A stretch of DNA of 63,487 nucleotides, the filler included, from Octopus bimaculoides (taxonomy: Eukaryota), in NCBI RefSeq assembly GCF_001194135.2. It is 5 parts of 5 records of this genome, joined end to end, with 100 filler letters (N's around TTAATTAATTAA, not from the genome) between each part and the next. Parts side by side here need not be neighbours in the genome. Positions count along the whole stretch, not along the records: positions 22,932 to 43,974 come from NC_068988.1; 4 more parts are not named here. One strand, written 5' to 3'. The translations under genes and the position numbers were made by a program. Positions 24,611-37,501 of this stretch are shown here, piece by piece. Under the pieces are notes generated by a model. That model was not told the DNA's origin and did no database searches. It saw nothing but the letters and a program-made list of their open reading frames with translations. The first letter of the stretch is position 1, and every line of letters begins with the position of its first letter.

Positions 24611-25274
24611 CACATGGGTGGAGGGCTACGCGCGTGTCTGTATGTGTGTGTGTGTGTGTGCGTGCGTGTGTGTGTGTGTGTGTTTGTCCCCCCCCCCCAC
24701 ACCGATTGACAACAGTGTTTGGTGTGTTCACGCACCTCCTCTTGTAACTAAGTGTTTCGGCAAAAGACAACAATAGATAAAAGGCTTACAAAAAAGAAAT
24801 AATAATAAGTTCTGGGGTCTATTTGTTCGATTAGAAATTCCTCAAGGTAGTGCCCCAGCATGTCCGCAGTCTAATAAGTGAAACATGGAAATATANNNNN
24901 NNNNNNNNNNNNNNNNNNNNNNNNNNNNNNNNNNNNNNNNNNNNNNNNNNNNNNNNNNNNNNNNNNNNNNNNNNNNNNNNNNNNNNNNNNNNNNNNNNNN
25001 NNNNNNNNNNNNNNNNNNNNNNNNCCAAGTTAACTTGCAGGAGATTCGTACGGGCTGCTCGAGGCTTACTAATGTCTTACTTCTGGGTCCTTGGGTCTTA
25101 CATTTACATATCATTGAGTAGCTGTGTGGAAGGCGAAGGAGTGGCTGTGTGGTAAAAAGATTACTTCCCAACCACATGTTCCGGGTTCAATCCCACTGTG
25201 TGGTACTATAGCCTCGAGCCGATTAAATCCTTGTGAGTAGATTTGATAGACGGAAACTGAAAGAAGCCTGTCGA

Positions 25275-26865
25275 TTGCTTCATCTTGACAGATGATAGTC
25301 GTACCATCAACACACACAGCACAATCACTCCGTTGATGAGCCCTTAGATGACATTTAAGACCAGCTGCTCACTAGCAGGGTTTAAAACACAAATGACAAA
25401 TATTATTCAAGTTTCTTCTATATATTTTCTCTTTGGAATCTGATTCTGAAGGAATGTTTTTGTGAACTAGCTTATGTCTTTTAAGTCCAGATATTGTCAT
25501 ACAAGTTTTGTGACACATGACACAAGTCATAAGAGGTGGTTGGTGTCCCAAGAAAATTACCTATCTGGGCATTTCGATTTTCATGTGACTTCATATGGTT
25601 CACGTATCCTGCTTTAGACAACAGAACACGATCACATATAATACATATCCAATGATATTACAGTTCCAACTGTTCCTTCGCGACAGACCTTTTAAAGTTC
25701 AGAGTGCTAATCATCTTTTCCTCCCAGGCATTGCAATTAGTCCTAACAGCACCTCTCCACTTGTTCCTATCTAAAACATCATTTTCTCAATCACTTTTGT
25801 TCATATCTAGTTTCTTCAGGTTTTCCTTCACACGGCCTTTATACCTTTTCCTCGACTTATGTTATGGTCGCTTACCAGAGTTGAGCTCACCATAAAAAGG
25901 ACGCTTTGGGCAAACGCTCGTCTTTCATTCTAGTAACATGTCCAGTCCATCTCATTTGAGTCAAGATAACATTTTGTTCAATTGAGCTGCAACGTGCCAT
26001 GCGCAAAACTTCTGTATCTGGTATGAAATATTCCCACTTGACTCCTAAGATACGTCTGAGATACTTTTGAAGAAATCTCTCCAGCATTTTAATATGACGT
26101 TTGTAAAAAGTGCAGGCAATACACACGCTTTATAGACACTGATTTTTGTCTGGAGGGAAATATCTATTCGCCCATGCTCGCTTTTCGAGCTTTCCAAATG
26201 CGACACTTCCCTTCCCTATTCGATAGTATATCTCTGCTTCAAAACCACCATCTCTTGACAGTGTACTTCCAAGGTAAACAAAGGTGTCAACGACTTATAA
26301 CCTTCTTCCATTCACAAAAATGTTTGGTTCAGAATATGTTAGTCCTGGCACGGGAGTAAACAGTACTTTGGTTTTCCCCTGACTAACTGTGAGTCCGAAA
26401 TGTACACACGCAGTGGAAAATCTGTCCATTAAATGTTGCATATCCCCCTCTGAGTGTGCCAACAAATCAGCATCATCAGCATAAAGTAATTCTCTAACAG
26501 ATATTTTGAAAGTTTTTGCTCTGCAGTTAAACGGGATCAAGTTAAAAATACGACCAGATGTCAGAAATCTGATTCCGATTCCCCTGTTGCAATCCTTAAA
26601 AGCAATGCATCAAAATAAATAGAGAAAAGTGTAGGGGCAGGAATATTTCCCTGCTTGACACCGTTGTCCACCGAAAATTCATGAAATAGCTCACCATTAA
26701 AGACTGCCTGAGCTTTCATGTTACTATGTAGTTCCTTAAAAATGCTCACAAAATGTATTGGACAACCAAGTTTACACAAAAGCATTTCTCTTGAACCTGC
26801 CTTACAGGAAATGTCATGTCCATTGTCCCTCGCTCAAATCTGAAACCACACTGTTCTTCAGGAAT
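25275..26865 (-). pseudogene. 5'-truncated RTE-clade LINE: reverse transcriptase plus C-terminal region with three C2H2 fingers
   Basis: PEEQCGFR, GVKQGNIPAPTLFSIYF, LLYADDADL, LRRILGVKW...RWTGHVTRMKDERLPK and YGEL motifs across frameshifts. Fingers at 25645-25583, 25524-25462 and 25398-25336. Confidence 0.93.
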
Positions 26866-27384
26866 CATATGTAGGCACACATTCTCAACGTAGACAAGAA
26901 AATAATAATAACCAGAGTACAGAAAATACACAAGCCACATAGAGTACATTTTCCTTCATCAGCTACCCCCATTTTAACACCGGCGTTTATATATATATAT
27001 ATATATATATGCATGTATGTGTGTATGTACACACACACACCTACGGTTGCGTGCGCAAGCGCACACGTACACACATACACACACAACCGCGCGCGCGCGC
27101 ATTCATAAATTGGTCTCTCAATTAATCAGGTCGTGTGTCTGCTGCAAACTTTTACAGCTTAAGTAAGACACTCATAAATAAGTGGCAGGCTGTTGTTTTG
27201 TGATTAATTAGTGTTTGAAGAAAAGCTGTTGTGTGCTCTCGTGATTGGCTGCAAATATATGCCAACCAACCACAATAGAGTCTTGCTGTTGTGTTTTTAA
27301 ACTTGTAGGCATTTTCAGTTTTTAGTTTTTGTTTTTCAAGATCTGTGAATCCCAGTCCTGGTTTTTAAGTAATATATTTAGACT

Positions 27385-27885
27385 CACCGTACGGGAATGC
27401 TTAGCGGTATTTTTTCCTGCTCTTTACGACCTTAGTTTAAATATCGCCGAGGTCAACTTTGCCTTTCATCCTCTCCGTTTCGGAGACGATAAAATAAAGC
27501 AGGGGTTTTCAAACTTTTTGACTTGCGGACCCCTTTATATTTCAAGCTTTGCCTTAGGGACCCCCTTATAAAACGCTTATGAAATTTATACATAAATATT
27601 TGCTTAAAATAACATATATTTTTACATTTGTTTATTTAACAGTATTTAACAAATAGGTTTATTGTCAATTAAAAGATTTCGATTAAAAACCATATATAAA
27701 ATCAAATTGCCCATAAAAAGTATTTGCTGTTCACGGACACCCTGTCTTGTCCTTGCGGAACCCCTGTAGTCCGCGGACCACAGTTTGAAAACCACTGAAA
27801 TTAAGGACCAGTCAAATATTGGAGTCGAAGTAATTGACTACCTCCCTTTCCTCTTCAATTGCTGGCCTTGTGCTAAAATTAGAAA
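27385..27885 (+). mobile_element. SINE family A interrupted by a hAT MITE
   Basis: The SINE runs ...CTTTGCCTTTCATCC...GATAAAATAAAG and resumes at 27798 (AAATTAAGGACCAG...GCTGGCCTTGTGC). Confidence 0.8.
27500..27797. mobile_element. hAT (Charlie-like) MITE
   Basis: TIRs CAGGGGTTTTCAAACT and AGTTTGAAAACCACTG (15/16). 8-bp TSD AAATAAAG / AAATTAAG (7/8). Confidence 0.9.
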
Positions 27886-28111
27886 AGAAAAATGATCAAA
27901 GGCGGCAAGCTTGTAGAATTGCTAGCGAATCTGACAAAATGCTTAATGACATTTCTTCCGGCTCTTTACTTTTTGAGTTCAAATACTGCTGAGGTCAACA
28001 TTGCTTTCATCCTTTCAGGGTAGATTAAAATAAAGTACCAGGCAGGTTCTTTGGTTGCAGTAATGTTAAGAAGCTCGTTACATGTACTATAGCTACTCCT
28101 CCGTCGTTAAA

Positions 28112-28490
28112 GTGGAGGCGCAATGGCCCAGTGGTTAGGGCAGCGGACTCGCGGTCATAGGATCGCGGTTTCGATTCCCAGACCAGGCGTTGTGAGTGTT
28201 TATTGAGCGAAAACACCTAAAGCTCCAAGAGGCTCCGGCAGGGGATGGTGGCGAACCCTGCTGTACTTTTTCACCACAACTTTCTCTCACTCTTACTTCC
28301 TGTTTCTGTTGTGCCTGTAATTCAAAGGGTCAGCCTTGTCATACTGTGTCACACTGAATATCCCCGAGAACTACATTGAGGGTACACGTGTCTGTGGAGT
28401 GCTCAGTCACTTGCACGTTAATTTCACGAGCAGGCTGTTCCGTTGATCGGATCAACTGGAACCCTCGACGTCGTAAACAACGGAGTGCCA
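28112..28490 (+). mobile_element. SINE family C, full length with TSD
   Basis: Highly similar to 23225-23613. TSD CGTCGTTAAA(G) at 28102-28112 and 28499-28509. Confidence 0.92.
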
Positions 28491-28901
28491 TACATATACG
28501 TCGTTAAAGCAATGTGCCTGCCCAGTTTATCAGCAGCATGATGTGTGTGTGTGTGTATATGTGTGTGCACGCGTGCGTGTGGTTTATGTGTGTGAGTCTT
28601 TCTCTTTGTGCTTGTCTCCATCACCACTTGACAACCAGTGTTTGTTTGTTTATATCACCGTAACCTAGTGGTTCGGCAGAAGAGATGATAGCGTAAGTAT
28701 TAGACTCAGAAATAGTACCGGGGTAGATGTGATTGACTACACCCTTCGAGACGATGCCGTAGCATGGATGCATTCCAATGACTGAAACAAGTAAAAGACA
28801 TAATATAAATATCGACAGATAAATGCAACAATTATACTTCACTCAGGAGACTCGAGGTCCACGTTAATTGCAGGTCCGAGTAAGGTGAATAATAAACAAA
28901 T

Positions 28902-29185
28902 AACAACAGACGGATAGTGGTTCATTCACTACAGCTGTTTCAGGTGAATTTATGCACGAATTGAACATTTTAAAAGTTCGCCAGAGAGTTATGAAATGGT
29001 ACATAAAGGTATTCAAGGAATGTCTTTTTTTTTTTCATATTTTTAAATGTATATTTTTAAATGTATATTATTCACCTGAGGAAAACGCTTTTTTTTTTTC
29101 GCATGATGAAATAACTCTACTTATTAATAAAAACAAAACACGTCTGAAACAGCTGTAGTGAGTGAACCACCATCCACCTATTGTT
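28902..29185. repeat. Inverted repeat pair (42 bp, 37/42) made of hammerhead 3' halves
   Basis: 28902-28943 is the reverse complement of about 29144-29185. Both contain CTGAAACAGCTGTAGTGA.TGAACCAC. Confidence 0.85.
29070..29163 (+). ncRNA. Type I hammerhead ribozyme motif with long loop II
   Basis: ATTCAC - CTGAGGA - AAACG...CGTCT - GAAA - C AGCT G - TA| - GTGAGT. Stem I is 6 bp with one G-U. Stem II has one mismatch. Loop III is the palindrome AGCT. Confidence 0.62.
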
Positions 29186-29467
29186 GTGTGTGTGTGTGCT
29201 GTATCAAATAAGCAGTAGCTGCTCAGTTCATGAAAGCAGCAGCGGCATTAACAGCAGCGGTGTTAGGACCAGCGGCGTTAGCAGCCATAGTAGTAGTAGT
29301 AGTNNNNNNNNNNNNNNNNNNNNNNNNNNNNNNNNNNNNNNNNNNNNNNNNNNNNNNNNNNNNGTGTGTGTGTGTGTGCTGTATCAAATAAGCAGTAGCT
29401 GCTCAGTTCATGAAAGCAGCAGCGGCATTAACAGCAGCGGTGTTAGGACCAGCGGCGTTAGCAGCCA

Positions 29468-29522
<55 letters not shown>

Positions 29523-30095
29523 TAGCTGTTTTTATTTGTTTGTTTTGTCCGTAGTTATCGCAGCATCTGAGTACGACAGGCATCTGTTTCAAATCACATC
29601 CAGAGTTATATTTCAGGTTTTGGTTACGTCATTCATCAGACTTTCTATCCGCCCATGACCTACTCGTTGTTATTTCTAACCACCACACAACACTCCTTTA
29701 AACAGACTTACACACACACAGGGGACGTCCACCCGTAACTTAGATACCTCACACTGGACACACAATACTTCTGTTTACAGATATCTTGAACATAACTCCT
29801 AATGGCGGTACAAAACGACGACCTAGTCTACATCAATATGTCACGAATACACACATTTTAGTAATTACTTCTTTGAAAAATCGATATTGTGTTAGTAATA
29901 GAAAATTAAAAAGGAAAACCAAACCTGGTTTTATTTATATGAAGCAAATGCTTTGTCACCTGATTTGTTGACTATGTAAGAGGTTCCATTTGAATATCAT
30001 AGCATGTTTGTGATGAGGTACTGTCTGATACACCATTTAGTTATATAATGGCCAAACGTATAGCTTGAAATCTGGGCTCTGTCAGTTCTTATAGC

Positions 30096-30483
30096 TAGCG
30101 CTGGATTAATGATTTAGCAAAATAATTACATGCTTAGGACATCAAGGGAGGGGAGGAGCAACACAGAAATGATAAATGGTTTACGGCACAAAAGAATTCA
30201 CTTTATACTTGCTAAAATAATATTTGAAATGGTTTATATGATCAGAAATATAATTTCGACGTTTTCATGGTGTCGTAGTGAGGAACACATTAAAGACATT
30301 GCAATAAAAAAAAGTAGGAGAAAACTTTTCCAATATAAGTGGAAATGTACAAGAGTAAACATTATTTTTCTTATTATTGGTTTTGTTTCATTCAGAAAAA
30401 TAAAAATTTATTTTATGGTTTATTATTGATTATATTTTGAATTTTAAGAGCTTAGGGACTCTATGGGTCTTAATCCAGCCCTG
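30096..30483 (+). mobile_element. hAT (Tip100-like) non-autonomous element
   Basis: TIRs TAGCGCTGGATTAAT and CTTAATCCAGCCCTG (12/15). TSD CTTATAGC / CTTATAAC (7/8). The interior encodes EEHIKDIAIKKSRRKLF, similar to hAT transposase C-termini. Confidence 0.8.
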
Positions 30484-30809
30484 CTTATAACTAAGAACTG
30501 TTTTACTCCCGAACAGCTGTTGAGTCTATATACTTTGATGAGAATGCAGTTCCCATATCCGTGATGTATCTACTGTTTCGCACCATAAATAGTCAGAAAA
30601 CAGAGTTGAACATTGTAGAAAATGCAATAAACTCACCAAATCACTATTCTTTTACAGTAGAGATAAACCATTGTTTCAGAATTTGCAGTATCAATTCTCA
30701 ACTAGGCAGAGTTACAGTATGTTGGGGGTAATGAACCCGGGCAGTTACTTAATAAAACCGACCAACACCACTAAAGGAAACATTGCTTAAAAGAGAAAAG
30801 AAAACGCAA

Positions 30810-31437
30810 GGGGAAACTGATAAAATTGTATTAAATATGGAAGAATGAAAGAATATTAGAATATAAGAATAGAGATCAAGGTAGATATAACATCGTAAAT
30901 GAAGAGTTCTGTTGTGAATGTTGAAAAACAAAAGATAAATGGCTGGATACTCAATACTATGGAGTTGAAAAACTTTAAAAAGCAGTATAAGAAATATATG
31001 GTAAAACAAATGAAATCAATTACAGTAAATACAGGGTTAAACAAAGTGGTAGCATTAAGAACAAAATGAGAACATACTGTTTGAGCATGCGCAGATTACA
31101 TTTACATCGGTTGAATACAGAGGAGTTACGTTGATGAGAACAGAGCTTGTTTATACCCATTTATGATGTTGTTAATAGAAACAAAAATTTTCAAGAAGTA
31201 AAAAGAAGATAAAATAAGTGAAAGATGGAAAGGCAAGTGGACAGATGAAATACTAAATGACACATTAAAAGCATTTAGATAATCGCAACAAATAGTTAGT
31301 TATATATGAAAGTGAACACATACCAAATGAAACGACTGTTCCATTACCAAAGAAACCAAAAGTTAAGGACAGGACAAAGTTTAGACCCATATGTCTAATA
31401 TGTCTTCTGAGTAAACTATTCCTAAAACCATCCAACA
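30810..31437 (+). pseudogene. RTE-clade LINE fragment (linker to start of RT), heavily decayed
   Basis: Frameshifted motifs KDKWLDTQYYGVEKL, KDGKASG..EILNDTLKAF and TVPLPKKPKVKDRTKFRPICLICLLSKLF. Confidence 0.8.
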
Positions 31438-31449
31438 AAAAAAATTACA

Positions 31450-31800
31450 CTATGACGTCCGTTTGTCCTTAATGGCCATTGATGAAGGTCTGACATGTCC
31501 ACCTTGCTGGATCACCATTGCCTGTAGTTGAAGAGTCCGATGCTGGAATGACAGTCTCTGTCACACAAACCGTACTTGTTGGCTTTCCAGTGTTGTTTCA
31601 TTTGTAGCAATGACTTATAACTGGTAACTGTTGCTCTCCGAGTTGTATCGACACCGATGGCGAGGCGGAAGTGTCCTCTCCGGTGTGCTATTCGGTTCTA
31701 TCTTTCAAATATAAGATATTCGATTGGATCTAAGCTTGTGCAGTATAGTATGGAGGACAGGTTATTGCCCGTATAGCGAACTCCTCTTCTTCATGTCATT
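31450..31800 (-). pseudogene. RTE-clade LINE 3' end, decayed
   Basis: Minus strand encodes CDRDCHSSIGLFNY (RTE C-terminal zinc motif) and terminal SMAIKDKRTS*. The upstream extent is uncertain. Confidence 0.7.
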
Positions 31801-33779
31801 GATGGATCCAAAGAAACAACGCTACCGTTACATATCGAGACAAGCATTGTCGCAGGAGTTTCCAGAAGGAAGTTGTAAATAATGTCAAACTGTCTAAGGA
31901 GCTCTGACACCCGATTTTCCCTAAGGATTTAGTTCCGAAGCCTTTACTGTAGCTCGGTCCCTTAGACGTGTTGCTTCGCCAGACAAGAAAAGTTCCATCT
32001 GCCCGACTGACTCTGGGACTCTGGCAGGCGTTTACTACTCTGGGTCAGAGTAGACTTGCGAACAACAGTGGCCAAGAGGTGATTCCACTCTCCAACAAAG
32101 AATTACAGCAAGAATAAATATATCAATAGGAAATGGATTTTCGATAAGAAATGAGAAATTGTGAAGAGAAATGTTCGACCAGAAAACTATTAATGTATAT
32201 ATATGAAAGTGCTCTAGACATAAATCAAGATGTTCTTGGTTTTGTTTTATTGACTATAGCAATATATTTGCCATAACGTGGAATTCCCTAACGAGATTTC
32301 TTTCTTTCTTGTTTTCGTTTTTCATTGACATCCATATTCATTAACTTCTGCGTAACACGGAAATCAATACGCTCTGAAAATCTTACCGTATCATGAATTC
32401 CGTAACATAGAAGCGCTCACAAATCTCGGAAGCTCTATCTTCCTTCCAAACTAGAAAGTATGGAAAGAAAAAAAAGACGTCATATGAGCAAACGAGCTGC
32501 TAGAAATTAGTGTTGAATTCCCCTCAAATGACAGTCCACTATCTTAAATACAGAAACAAGACATTGGACTGTAGTCATATATATGCGCTGTCTGAAAATT
32601 ACGATGGGATGGTCAGAGCTGAAATATCATTCAAAATATCTTCGTTCAAACAAAAGTATTTTTAAAAAATCAAATTCTCAGCCTGCCATCTTAAACACGT
32701 CAGCCCTAGGCAGCCCTAGATATGAAGTTTGAATTTAAAACTGGATTATCTCGACCGGAACGCCATTCTTTACAGGTCAGCAATCTCATAGCAAACCTGG
32801 GGCTAAAACAATAATAATTACAACAAGCATATCTGGTAGATATCTGTCGTTCGATGAAGAGGATTCAGTTGCTCCATTAACTGAGTCACCTGTCCACTGA
32901 ATGAAAGTGTAAGCGGCTGAGTACTCCATATACTTGAGTAGCCTTAACGTAATTCTCAGGAAGAAACAGTGTGCAACAAAGTTGTACCTTCGAACTTCTG
33001 GAACAATCCATTCGGCGGTGTTCTATTCAGTTTTCGTCTGTTCAGTTTCACTGATAAGGTATGGCACAACCGGAAGCTATAAAAGGTGAAAATTACCCAC
33101 AATGCCAAGCACGGAGAGCGAACTCAGGTTTTCTGGGTTGCTCAGCGAACTTCTTACTCATTCAGCCATGAAGCCCCTGTACGCGCTTATCTCAAAAAAT
33201 ACTGTTAGTGTAGTTCATATCTCCTCTTGGTGTCTGCTGTCAGGGTAGCCTGTCTGAGCATGCAGCAATGTTTAAATACCTGTGAAAATAGGTAGCTGTC
33301 AATGTGTGTATGTGTGCATGAAAGGACGTGTGTACGTGTACGTGTGTGTGTGTGTGTGTGTGTGTGCGTGCGTGTGTGTGTGTGCGTGTGTGTGTGTGTG
33401 TGTATATAAGTGTGTATGTGTGTGTGTGTGTTTTGTGTCTGTGTGTGAGAGAACGAGTCAATTAGAATGCCTTTCTTCTTATGTGTATATCAATAAAAAC
33501 TATATCTATGCATGTGTACCTATGCATATCTATTTTGATTGTACGTCTGTCTATTTCTATATGTGTATGTGTGCATGTGCGTGAGCGTGCTTGTGTGTGG
33601 TTGTGTGAGTACCTGTGCATATGTGTGTGCCTGTATGTGTGTCTGTGAGTACATATATATTATAGATATATACACACACACGCACACAGTCATATATAGA
33701 TACTCACGGACTCACAGACACACATACGCACACGCACACATATGCACAGGCACTCACACAATCACACACACGCACACGC

Positions 33780-33821
<42 letters not shown>

Positions 33822-34138
33822 TCATAAATGGAATCTTCCCAAAACATCCCCAGTACTAAATAGGAAATATACGTAGAAGGTAGTCATACCCCAATACCCA
33901 CAGTTTATATATACACAGGTAGAGTTGTTGTAGGCTGTTATGTAGACGTATATGTGCTCGTGCACGTATATATATATATATATATATATGAATGTATGTA
34001 GGTAAATGGAAATGTAAGTAAACAGATAAACAGATAGACAGGTACATAAGTAATATGGACAGACAAGCACACACACACCTGCACACATACATACGCAAAT
34101 GAAGACTAAAACACATGACCAGATATACACACGCACTC

Positions 34139-34175
<37 letters not shown>

Positions 34176-34375
34176 GGACACATGGAGACACATCCATGCA
34201 TAACAGAGGTACTCACATATATACACACACACTCACACACACACACAAACATACACACACAAGGAGACAGAGGGACACACATGTGCACACAAACAAAAAG
34301 AACGCCGCTCTGATAACCGACTGTCAACGACTATTGAAAACGCCGCAAGACGTTTTATATATATATATATTTATA

Positions 34376-34423
<48 letters not shown>

Positions 34424-34468
34424 GTGTGTGTGTGTTTGTGTGTATTTGTGTATAAATATGTGTGTATG

Positions 34469-34515
<47 letters not shown>

Positions 34516-35151
34516 NNNNNNNNNNNNNNNNNNNNNNNNNNNNNNNNNNNNNNNNNNNNNNNNNNNNNNNNNNNNNNNNNNNNNNNNNNNNNNNNNNNNN
34601 NNNNNNNNNNNNNNNNNNNNNNNNNNNNNNNNNNNNNNNNNNNNNNNNNNNNNNNNNNNNNNNNNNNNNNNNNNNNNNNNNNNNNNNNNNNNNNNNNNNN
34701 NNNNNNNNNNNNNNNNNNNNNNNNNNNNNNNNNNNNNNNNNNNNNNNNNNTATATATATATATATATATATATGTAGGCGCAGGAGTGGCTGTGTGGTCC
34801 CGGGTTCAGTCCCACTGCGTGACACCTTGAGCAAGCGTCTTCTACTATAGCCTCGGGCCTTCTGAGTGGATTTAGTAGATGAAACTGGAAGAAGCCCGTC
34901 GTATATATATATATACATGTGTGTGTGTGTGTGTGTACGTGTGTGTGTACGTGTGTGTGTGTGTATGCATATATGAGTATACGTGTGTGTGCATGCTAAT
35001 GCATGAACGCTTGTGAATGTATACGTGTAAATATGCATAAATATATAGATAATCGAATGTGCATATACACAAACTAGCACCAAATTTTAAAGAATACACT
35101 CACTAGAATACATACATACATACATACATGTGTACATACGTACATATATTC

Positions 35152-35206
<55 letters not shown>

Positions 35207-35207
35207 A

Positions 35208-35268
<61 letters not shown>

Positions 35269-35740
35269 CGAACGTGCATAAACACAAACTAGCACCAAGT
35301 TTCATAGAATACATAACCGGAGAGAAACGCACTTATGTCCACACGTATAGTTAGTGTTGAAGACAGGTCATCCCTGGCAGACGACTTAAACGTCCGAGCT
35401 GACACATCCATGTGTGTAAGTATGTGTGATTGAGTGTGTGTATATGTGTGTTTGTGTGTGTATGTGGGGGGGGGAGTGTGCGTGTTGTGTGTGTATGTGT
35501 CGGTGCGTGTGTGGTGAGTGTGTGTATTCGTCGGTGCGTGTGTGGTGAGTGCGTGTGTAAAAGTTATGTGTGTGTGCGAGTATGTGTGTGTGTGTGTGTG
35601 TGCATTAGTGTGTGTGTTATGGGGATGGTGCACGTATAGATATTCACACACTCAGACGCACACAGATATATATGCATACCATTTACTATATTTCATAACA
35701 TTTGTGTAAATAACAGATAAATACACACACACACACACAA

Positions 35741-35784
<44 letters not shown>

Positions 35785-36346
35785 GTATTGTATAGTGCGT
35801 GTCTGCATATGTGTATATAAAGCGCTTAGACATGAAGAGCTCTCCTCAAATGAAGGTTACAGAACTTCACTCTGCCAACTGCCAACGTTATGCTACGTCA
35901 GTTGAAGAAATTTTGGCAAGGTAACCTTTCTAGATCCTTCCCAATACCGACCTTTACGAAGAGATAAGTGGAAAGATGATTTGCTGCAGAATGCCTTGCC
36001 ATCATTTTTCTTTCTAATTCCTTTCTCGTATCTGTTTTTCTTCCTTTCTGCACGTATTTCTGTTTTCTTCAGCTTTTCTGCTTCATATTTCGTTCTTTAC
36101 TTTTGTTCTTTGAATTTTTTTCTTTTCCTTTCTTTACCATCTTTCTTCTTTCTTTTTTTTTTTTACTCTTTCTTCTTTTGTGCATTGTTTGACTTTTCTT
36201 ACTATGTGTTTTCATTCCTTCTCGTGTTTCGTTCATTCTTTCTGTCACTCTTGTTTTTCTTCGTCATTTTTTTTGGGTTCTTCCTGTCTTACTATCTATC
36301 CATCTGTCTGTCTCTGACTCTCACTCTCTCTCTCTCTCTCTCTCGA

Positions 36347-36412
<66 letters not shown>

Positions 36413-36548
36413 CAATTAAACCTTGGGAGAGGCATTATGCCGGTAATAAACACACGCACTGGTTCAGTCCTTTATTAATTTATATAGTTTTTTGTTAAAT
36501 TATTTCATTGTTTATTACCGGCATAATGCCTCTCCCAAGGTTTAATTG
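36413..36548. mobile_element. Tc1/mariner-superfamily (pogo/Tigger-like) MITE with perfect TIRs and TA TSD
   Basis: 36411-36452 is the exact reverse complement of 36509-36550 (42 bp including the TA). 56-bp AT-rich spacer. The terminus CAATTAAACC resembles pogo-type CAGT.AAACC. Confidence 0.85.
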
Positions 36549-37424
36549 TAGTTCTTTCAACACACGTATCCACATCAAGAATCTTGCACACGAAATACAC
36601 ATACGAAATATATATATATATATATATATATANNNNNNNNNNNNNNNNNNNNNNNNNNNNNNNNNNNNNNNNNNNNNNNNNNNNNNNNNNNNNNNNNNNN
36701 NNNNNNNNNNNNNNNNNNNNNNNNNNNNNNNNNNNNNNNNNNNNNNNNNNNNNNNNNNNNNNNNNNNNNNNNNNNNNNNNNNNNNNNNNNNNNNNNNNNN
36801 NNNNNNNNNNNNNNNNNNNNNNNNNNNNNNNNNNNNNNNNNNNNNNNNNNNNNNNNNNNNNNNNNNNNNNNNNNNNNNNNNNNNATGTATATATATATAT
36901 CGTGTGTATATGTGTATGCATGTATATCTGAGAGAGATATATTTTATTGTCTGGGGAAAGTCGTTCCCTTTTAGTGCCCTATTATTTAACACACTCACCG
37001 GTTCGATTTCAAATCATTTATTTTTTTTTCTAAATTTTTCGTTGCGTCTTGCAAACTTTTCGTTATATATCTAAACATACATTTGTCTGTCTATCTCTAT
37101 GTGAGTCTATCGGTTCATTCATCTGTCAATATTTCTAACCCTCTATATCTCTCTCAGATACACATGCATACACATATGCACAGACACTCATACAATCTCT
37201 TTCTCTCTTTCACACATACACACAATCACACACACACTCTCACACACACTTATTCTGTATCTCAAACTCAAGCGCTCTCATTGTTCTCCATCCTCTAGTT
37301 CATTCACTTTCTCAAACTTCATCACTTGCGCGCGCGCATACATACTCTGAGTTTCTTTTTCACTCACTATTTGTATAACTCGAACTCAGACATTGTTTCT
37401 AGTCAACTCTCTCTCTATCTCTCA

Positions 37425-37501
<77 letters not shown>

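Noticed and set aside
29187-29483. Duplicated Ser-rich ORF (SSGINSSGVRTSG)
   Set aside because: Identical copies lie on both sides of a 60-N gap, and the sequence is low-complexity (GCA/TAG)n.
29570-29645. Minus-strand CTGATGA...GAAACAG ATGC CTGTC hammerhead-like motif
   Set aside because: Stem III is good but stems I and II do not pair. At best it is a dead remnant.
35829-35917. Possible plus-strand exon MKSSPQMKVTELHSANCQRYATSVEEILA before AAG|GTAACC
   Set aside because: There is no polypyrimidine tract and no recognisable protein similarity.
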